In this document: one piece after another, positions 58,185 to 64,000 of the stretch
Layout of the letters: every line of letters begins with the position of its first letter
Position numbering within the stretch: the stretch's first letter is position 1
Assembly: GCA_963696295.1 (NCBI GenBank)
Contig: CAVOJR010000001.1
Coordinates: 2,720,001-2,784,000, forward strand
Source: an uncultured Chlamydiae bacterium
GTDB lineage: Bacteria; Chlamydiota; Chlamydiia; Chlamydiales; JAJFMB01
DNA: 64,000 bases
Reading direction: 5' to 3'
The notes under the pieces: generated by a model
Told to the model about the DNA's origin: nothing
What the model saw: only the letters and a program-made list of their open reading frames with translations
The model's database searches: none
Translations under genes and position numbers: made by a program

Positions 58185-58332
58185 GATAAAATCCTCGAAA
58201 AATTTAGGAATATAACGGAATGCGCCGATGAAATCCATAAAAATCTCTTTAATAAAAATTTGATTGACAGTATCCTGGACCTATCGATTTTATCGATACT
58301 AGAACGATAAATTTTAATTCTTTAAAGGAGAT

Positions 58333-58947
58333 ATGAAAATGAAATTATCGAGAAGGTTTTTATCTTTATTTTTCTTGTTTTATATTTGGTTGCCTTACGA
58401 AGCTATAGCAATCAATAACAATACGCCATCTATTGGTGTCTCTAATACATTAGCAGCGGGTAATACAGTATTAGCGGTGTGGACTAATTGGGACCTTAAC
58501 ATTATAGAAGCGGCGAACTTTGATATCGGCACCAATCCTCCCACGTGGACAAATTTAACACAACTTTCTTCCTCAGGTGTATTTGCGCAACGCCCGTTGC
58601 TTAGCATGGATCCATTTACCGGAACGGCAGCCGTTATTTGGCTACAGCAGAATACCGCTGGCGGCGAAACATTCTTTAACGTTTATGGCATGTTCTATTA
58701 TGGAGGTCAATGGCAGCCATCAACTTTCCAAAACCTGACGGATACCTCGGTTGCACGTGTTGTTATTGCTGATTCCGTGGTGATAGATAAAACCGTCGAT
58801 GATGCAGTTGGTGTTACCTGGGTGGTTGCCTGGTGTGAGTATAGACAGGATACTAGTGATCGTGTAATCAGTTCAACTTATGGACAATATAATGGGTCAA
58901 CAGCACAGTGGGTTACCCCTGCTGTTCAAGGACCAACCGCCGGATAA
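58333..58947 (+). CDS. secreted beta-rich hypothetical protein
   Basis: AAGGAG SD, signal peptide, Trp/Thr-rich repeats (AVW, VIW, VAW). Confidence 0.7.
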   Translation: MKMKLSRRFLSLFFLFYIWLPYEAIAINNNTPSIGVSNTLAAGNTVLAVWTNWDLNIIEAANFDIGTNPPTWTNLTQLSSSGVFAQRPLLSMDPFTGTAAVIWLQQNTAGGETFFNVYGMFYYGGQWQPSTFQNLTDTSVARVVIADSVVIDKTVDDAVGVTWVVAWCEYRQDTSDRVISSTYGQYNGSTAQWVTPAVQGPTAG

Positions 58948-58957
58948 TTTTATCTTG

Positions 58958-58977
58958 GGAGCGGGAGTGCCCGCTCC
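58958..58977 (+). terminator. GC-rich hairpin after the 58333-58947 gene
   Basis: ggagcggg-agtg-cccgctcc. Confidence 0.55.
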
Positions 58978-59003
58978 TTCATTATTTAAGCAAAAGAGTT
59001 GTT

Positions 59004-60242
59004 ATGAATTTTTCTGAAAAGCTGGAGATGTATGCGGACCTGCTGGTTTGCCATGGCCTCAATGTGCAGCCGGGGCAAATCGTCAATATCACGGCGGAGT
59101 GTTTTCACCGGGAGCTGGTCGAAAAAATGGTCAGGGCGGCTTATCGAAGGGGCGCGAAGTATGTGAATGTCGACTATATTGACCCCGCGATCGCCAGGCT
59201 GCGCATCCAGGAGACAAAGAACGAGGCGGATCTGAAATATGTGCCGGGCAGCGCGGTGGCCAAATACGAGAGCTTCATCGACGATGGCGCTGCGGTGATC
59301 CGGATTGTCGGCAGCGAAAATCCCGACTCGCTCGCCGATTTGCCAGCTCTTAGGGTCAATGATATGCAGAGCGGTTTCCGTCAAGCGCTCAAGCGGTATT
59401 ATGCGGAAGGGATTGGCATGTCAAAGGTGCAATGGACTGTAGCCGCCGCCGCGACGCCGCAATGGGCGAAGAAAATTTATCCCGAGCTTTCTGAAAAGAA
59501 GGCGTATGAAGCCCTTTGGGAGGCGATTTTTACCATTTGCCGGGCTGACCGCAAAGATTGTCTGCAAATTTGGGACAAACACCAAAAGCATTTGAGAGAG
59601 CGGGCAGAAAAGCTCACGGAGCTTAAAATTAAGGAACTTCATTTTACCGGCAGGGGCACCGACTTAAAAGTATTCCTCTCCCCGAAGGCCATTTTTAAAG
59701 GGGGCGGCGAAACTTCGGCCAAAGGGTTTGACTTCGAGGCGAATATTCCGACCGAGGAGTGCTTCACGACGCCCGATTACCGCCTGACTGAAGGGAAAGT
59801 GCGCGTGACAAGACCCGTTTTTGTGAACGGCAGGCTGGTCAAAGATCTGCAGCTCGAGTTTTCGCAAGGAAAAATAGTCCAATTCACGGCCTCCGAAGGG
59901 AAAGAGCAGTTTGCCGCCTACATCGCGAATGATAAGGGGGCGAGTTATTTGGGCGAAGTCGCCCTGGTAGGCATCGATTCCCCCATTTATCAAAGCGGGC
60001 GGATTTTTGAGGAAATTTTGTTTGATGAGAATGCCGCGTGCCATATCGCCGTGGGCTTTGCTTACCGCTTTTGCATCGAGGGAGGGGCCAAGATGAGCCC
60101 GGCGGAGCTCGACGCTGTCGGCTGCAACGACAGCAGCGTCCACACAGACTTTATGATCTCCTCCGAGGAGATAGATGTTAGCGCCCTTACCTTTCATGGG
60201 GCTCATATCCCTCTCATTAACAAGGGTAAGTGGGTATTTTAA
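59004..60242 (+). CDS. aminopeptidase, M29 (AmpS/T) family
   Basis: GLNVQPGQ, ANIPTEECFTTP, YLGEVALV, LFDENAACHIA.G.AY, NDSSVHTDFMI. Confidence 0.95.
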   Translation: MNFSEKLEMYADLLVCHGLNVQPGQIVNITAECFHRELVEKMVRAAYRRGAKYVNVDYIDPAIARLRIQETKNEADLKYVPGSAVAKYESFIDDGAAVIRIVGSENPDSLADLPALRVNDMQSGFRQALKRYYAEGIGMSKVQWTVAAAATPQWAKKIYPELSEKKAYEALWEAIFTICRADRKDCLQIWDKHQKHLRERAEKLTELKIKELHFTGRGTDLKVFLSPKAIFKGGGETSAKGFDFEANIPTEECFTTPDYRLTEGKVRVTRPVFVNGRLVKDLQLEFSQGKIVQFTASEGKEQFAAYIANDKGASYLGEVALVGIDSPIYQSGRIFEEILFDENAACHIAVGFAYRFCIEGGAKMSPAELDAVGCNDSSVHTDFMISSEEIDVSALTFHGAHIPLINKGKWVF

Positions 60243-60254
60243 GGAGATCTTTGT

Positions 60255-61319
60255 ATGTTTAGGCTGTTGTTTCTTTGCCTGGCTGCCTCTCAAGGGGTAT
60301 TTGCGGTGATCAACCATCCCGCGCGTCCTTTAGACGCTTCACCGCAGCTTCCGTTGGAGGTTTATGACGAGGAGTTCGCCAAGATTTTGGGCGTGCGTCC
60401 AAAATTGCATCAGCTGGCGACCGGGTTTGGATTCACGGAAGGGCCGGTCTATTTTTCCGAAAAAGAGGGCAGCGATACCGGCTACCTGATTTTTACCGAT
60501 CAGCTGCACGATAATATCAATATGATCCGCTGGCATGGGCTGCAGCCCTTTAATGAAATCAGCACCCTTTCCTGGAGCGATGCCGCGGTATTCCGCCACC
60601 CATCCAGCATTGCCGACGGGCAGACTTTCGACTATCAGGGGCGTCTGCTGACGGCTGAAACGACGGGGCGGCGCGTTTCTATTACTGAAGCGAACGGCGA
60701 GGTCAAAACGCTGGTGGGCTTTTATCAGGGCAAACCCCTCAACTCCCCGAATGATCTGGTGGTGAAAAGAGATGGCACCGTATGGTTTACCGATCCAAGC
60801 TATGGCTGTCTGCAATTTCCGCAAATATGCTATTTACCGAACAACGTGTACCGCTTTGATCCTAAAAGCGGGGAGCTGACGGCGGTGGTAGAAGGGCTGC
60901 AGATGCCGAACGGGATCGCCTTTTCTCCCGATGAAAGCATCCTCTATGTGATCGACAGCGGAGCGATTCAAGCCCCCATGACTTATTATGAGCAGAACCA
61001 CCACGCTATCTATGCCTACGATGTCGTGGAAGGGAAAAAATTGAGTAATCAGCGCCTTTTTGCCGTGGTATCACCGGGTTTTCCCGACGGGATGCGCCTC
61101 GACGAACGGGGCAATATATATGTCGGCGCCTATAACGGGGTGCATGTGATCAATCCCAAAGGGAAAACTATCGGCAAAATTTTGCTTCCCAAACAAACCG
61201 CGAACTTAACTTTTGGGGGTAAAGATAACAATGTGTTGTTTATCTGCTCTTCCGATTCGGTCTGGGCGATCAAACTCAACACAAAAGGGGCCGTGCCCGT
61301 GCCTGTATTGGCGAGATAG
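60255..61319 (+). CDS. SMP-30/gluconolactonase/LRE family protein
   Basis: FGFTEGPV, LNSPNDLVV, WFTDPSYG, PNGIAFSPDE, PDGMRLDERGN, ANLTFGG. Confidence 0.95.
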   Translation: MFRLLFLCLAASQGVFAVINHPARPLDASPQLPLEVYDEEFAKILGVRPKLHQLATGFGFTEGPVYFSEKEGSDTGYLIFTDQLHDNINMIRWHGLQPFNEISTLSWSDAAVFRHPSSIADGQTFDYQGRLLTAETTGRRVSITEANGEVKTLVGFYQGKPLNSPNDLVVKRDGTVWFTDPSYGCLQFPQICYLPNNVYRFDPKSGELTAVVEGLQMPNGIAFSPDESILYVIDSGAIQAPMTYYEQNHHAIYAYDVVEGKKLSNQRLFAVVSPGFPDGMRLDERGNIYVGAYNGVHVINPKGKTIGKILLPKQTANLTFGGKDNNVLFICSSDSVWAIKLNTKGAVPVPVLAR

Positions 61320-61703
61320 CGCTGTCATATGAATCCGATTCGGTCTTGGTGATCAAACTCAACACAAAAGGGGCCGTGCCTGTATTGGCGAGATAGCGCT
61401 GTCATATGAATCCGATTCGGTCTGGGCGATCAAACTCAACATAAAAAGGGGCCGTGCCTGTATTGGCGAGATAGCGCTGTCATATGAATCCGATTCGGTC
61501 TGGGCGATCAAACTCAACATAAAAAGGGGCCGTGCCTGTATTGGCGAGATAGCGCTGACATATGAATACGATTCGGTCTGGGCGATCAAACTCAACACAA
61601 AAGGGGCCGTGCCTGTATTGGCGAGATAGCGCTGACATATGAATCCGATTCGGTCTGGGCGATCAAACTCAACACAAAAGGGGCCGTGCCTGTATTGGCT
61701 TAG
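61251..61703 (+). repeat. 77-83 bp tandem repeat (5 units plus terminal variant) derived from the 3' end of the gluconolactonase gene
   Basis: Unit starts 61251, 61334, 61411, 61489, 61567, 61644. Confidence 0.95.
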
Positions 61704-63156
61704 TCTTGCGCTGACATAATTTCTGCTTCAGTTCTTCGAAAAATGACGGGGGTTTTGGCAAGGAATTGAACTGGGCAAGTTGCTGAGGGGTGAGCAACCC
61801 TTGGCTTTTGGCCTCTTCAATTCTTTTTTGCCAGCGGCTAAGACCCGTGTATTGCGCTTTATTTGACTCATGCTCTCTTTTTTTGCACCATTTGATCATA
61901 AATTTGAAGTTCTCCGGCTCTACGGCCTGCTGGATCTCGATATGGCGCTGCAGATAGTGGTTTTTGGCGCAGGATAGCGCGAGGGAGGCCACTAAGCAGA
62001 CAATGTAGGCGCTGATGGCGATAAGATTGATGCCGGGAACAAAAAGAGAAGCGACAATAACAGCTGCTCCCACGACGTTGCACACAAGCTTTGCGACGCA
62101 TAACATTTTTACTTTTTTGGGCAAATTGGGGTTGTTGACAGCTTGAATGGTGGAATGGATATCGGAAATCAGGGAAACAGCGGCAAAGATGGGTGTGGCA
62201 AACTTCAAGAGAGCGGCAACCAGGGGAGTCGCATGCAAAAATAACTGGGTGGCTATAGCGGCAATGCGCATTGCTATGTAGCCAAGCGAGCCGGCCAGAG
62301 ACAGGCTTGATAGGACTTTTTCTTTGCGGGTGAGAGGTTTGGCGCTTTTAATACTACCGATCATCTCATTTTTGATGTCAGTCAATTGGCTTTTGGGAAT
62401 ATTTTCTATCAGAAAAAGGGTAAAACGGTCAATGTCCTCCTCGGTTTCTAAAGTACCCGGATATTTTTCTTTTAGCTCATTAAATTTTTTGGGGTCGCTT
62501 TGAGCCTTTATTAGCCATTCACGGAAAGCGGCAAAGTCGGAAATGACGTTGGATTCCTGAGCTCTATTGGAGATATACCATGTTAGCAGAACAAGCGGAA
62601 TTAGGGCTGTCCATGCCACTGCGTCGACAACGGCAACGGTTTTTAAGGAAATTCCCGTCAATTCATGCAGCTGCAGCGCAGAGTTCGCAAAGTCATGTCC
62701 ATGTGCGGCGGCCCTTTCGATTCCGGAAGTTGATTTCAAGGCGGCTTGCCAAGGCTCGATGCAGGAGATGGCATGGCTCGTCATTCCATAACCGGCGAGC
62801 GCCAGGCCAAGGTTGGGGTGCTTTTTATACATGTTGACCCCGCCGGTCACTGCCAAGGTATTGCAAACTAACCCGAGAACGGAGCTGGAAAAAGATAATA
62901 TAGCCTTGAGTTCGCTCTCATCAAACCCTTTTCCTAGAGGATTAGGGGTTTGGTCCCGGTTCAAAAAGATGGGCTCGATGATTTTTTTGCCCCCCTTCGC
63001 CAAAGTTTCATTGAAGCCGGAAACATGGGAAGTCACAGAAAGAATTTCTCCGGCCACCACCATCCGCTCGTCTTTGGAGAGACTGCGCTGCTTCACTTCC
63101 CTGCGGGTCGAGGCGATGAGCCTGGGAGCTAGGTCGTTATAACTGTTAACTTCCAT
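61669..63156 (-). CDS. hypothetical multi-hydrophobic-hairpin protein (Inc/effector-like)
   Basis: 495 aa, several bilobed hydrophobic regions; last codons PIQARPLLC lie within the repeat. Confidence 0.7.
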   Translation of the reverse strand: MEVNSYNDLAPRLIASTRREVKQRSLSKDERMVVAGEILSVTSHVSGFNETLAKGGKKIIEPIFLNRDQTPNPLGKGFDESELKAILSFSSSVLGLVCNTLAVTGGVNMYKKHPNLGLALAGYGMTSHAISCIEPWQAALKSTSGIERAAAHGHDFANSALQLHELTGISLKTVAVVDAVAWTALIPLVLLTWYISNRAQESNVISDFAAFREWLIKAQSDPKKFNELKEKYPGTLETEEDIDRFTLFLIENIPKSQLTDIKNEMIGSIKSAKPLTRKEKVLSSLSLAGSLGYIAMRIAAIATQLFLHATPLVAALLKFATPIFAAVSLISDIHSTIQAVNNPNLPKKVKMLCVAKLVCNVVGAAVIVASLFVPGINLIAISAYIVCLVASLALSCAKNHYLQRHIEIQQAVEPENFKFMIKWCKKREHESNKAQYTGLSRWQKRIEEAKSQGLLTPQQLAQFNSLPKPPSFFEELKQKLCQRKTKPIQARPLLC

Positions 63157-63321
63157 AATATAATTACACGGTTTCAGTATTTTAAATTTAATATTACTCT
63201 ATTTTTATTAGTTTATAATAAAGAATTTATTAGCGTTTGACAGGCCTCCATGCAAAAAATTGCTTGATATGATGTCCATTTTGAGTTAAAAATAAAAACT
63301 TCCAAAATAAGGGAGCGTTTT

Positions 63322-63774
63322 ATGGCAAAAGCCTTGTTTGGGGCGGGTTGTTTTTGGGGAGTGGAGGCGGCTTTCAAGAAAGTCCCCGGAGTGATCCACA
63401 CCGCGGTCGGCTATACCGGCGGACTCCTGGAAAATCCCACCTATCAGGCGGTTTGCTCAGGAAAGTCGGGACATGCCGAGGCCGTTCTGGTCGAGTTTGA
63501 TCCCCAAAAGGTCAGCTATGAAAAACTGCTTGAGGTTTTCTGGTCCATACACGATCCGACCACGCGCAACAGGCAAGGGGTGGACGTGGGGCATCAATAC
63601 CGGTCGGCCATTTTTTTTCAAGATGCCGAGCAAGAGCGTTTGGCCCTGAAATCTAAAGAGAACTTGCGGGCTTCCGGAGTGGAAGCGGTCACGGAAATTG
63701 TCCCTGCCGGCCCTTTTTGGCGGGCTGAAGAATATCATCAATGCTACTTGGAAAAGGTTCGTAAAAATAAATAA
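63322..63774 (+). CDS. msrA: peptide-methionine (S)-S-oxide reductase
   Basis: [43 protein letters not shown]. Confidence 0.97.
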   Translation: MAKALFGAGCFWGVEAAFKKVPGVIHTAVGYTGGLLENPTYQAVCSGKSGHAEAVLVEFDPQKVSYEKLLEVFWSIHDPTTRNRQGVDVGHQYRSAIFFQDAEQERLALKSKENLRASGVEAVTEIVPAGPFWRAEEYHQCYLEKVRKNK

Positions 63775-63844
63775 AAGATTTATCAACAACAAAAATTGAG
63801 ATTATGCTAGACTCTTTCTCGAAAACCTTAAGAAAAGGAGGAAT

Positions 63845-64000
63845 ATGATAATTGTGGGGTTGGGCATCTACATAGTTGTGATTATGTTGATCGGGTTCAA
63901 ATCCGGGAATAAGATTAAAACTGTAGATGACTACTTTGTCGCCGGAAGAAAGTTCTCTTATTATCTAGCAATACCTACAATTGTCGCCAACTGGTACGGA
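63845..64000 (+). CDS. sodium:solute symporter family protein (5' part, runs off window)
   Basis: AGGAGG SD; MIIVGLGIYIVVIMLIGF..NKIKTVDDYFVAGRK..IVANWYG. Confidence 0.85.
   Translation, partial: MIIVGLGIYIVVIMLIGFKSGNKIKTVDDYFVAGRKFSYYLAIPTIVANWYG

Noticed and set aside
61359..61598. 79-aa repeat ORF MLSLIAQTES...
   Set aside because: By-product of 78-bp units being a multiple of three; no SD, and broken by the 77-bp units
1..64000. tRNA, rRNA, transposase, integrase, prophage or reverse transcriptase genes
   Set aside because: None recognisable by eye; any enzyme responsible for the repeats or MITEs must be encoded elsewhere

Overview
A gene-dense bacterial window that looks like an environmental, non-Chlamydiaceae member of the Chlamydiota. 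This is inferred from the Cys-rich MOMP-like porin, the Inc-like bilobed-hydrophobic/coiled-coil proteins, the chlamydial-type DASS and OppA-like proteins, and many orphan effector-like ORFs. Housekeeping, transport and stress genes (dxr, tdk, slyD-like, rimO, SOD, gshAB, ackA, tal, msrA, MFS/MATE/DASS/Kef/TerC/AI-2E transporters) are interspersed with lineage-specific ORFs. I found no rRNA, tRNA, CRISPR-cas or transposase. Most notable: (1) a 60-aa Bd0055-type bacterial histone-fold gene at 22212-22394; (2) five intergenic repeat loci, each built from a copy of the terminus of the adjacent gene, several carrying synonymous or alternative-allele variants, which suggests a recurring gene-end duplication or replacement process; (3) candidate effectors with eukaryote-like or toxin folds (SH2-like lacking the key Arg, ART-like, deaminase-like, Cys-LRR); (4) a signal-peptide-bearing PRPP-synthetase pseudoenzyme, a large apparently cytoplasmic OppA fusion, a circularly permuted D-amino-acid oxidase, a GH8 operon with two paralogous secreted helical proteins, and two palindromic MITE-like elements. 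All protein calls are by-eye motif recognition; no database search was run.
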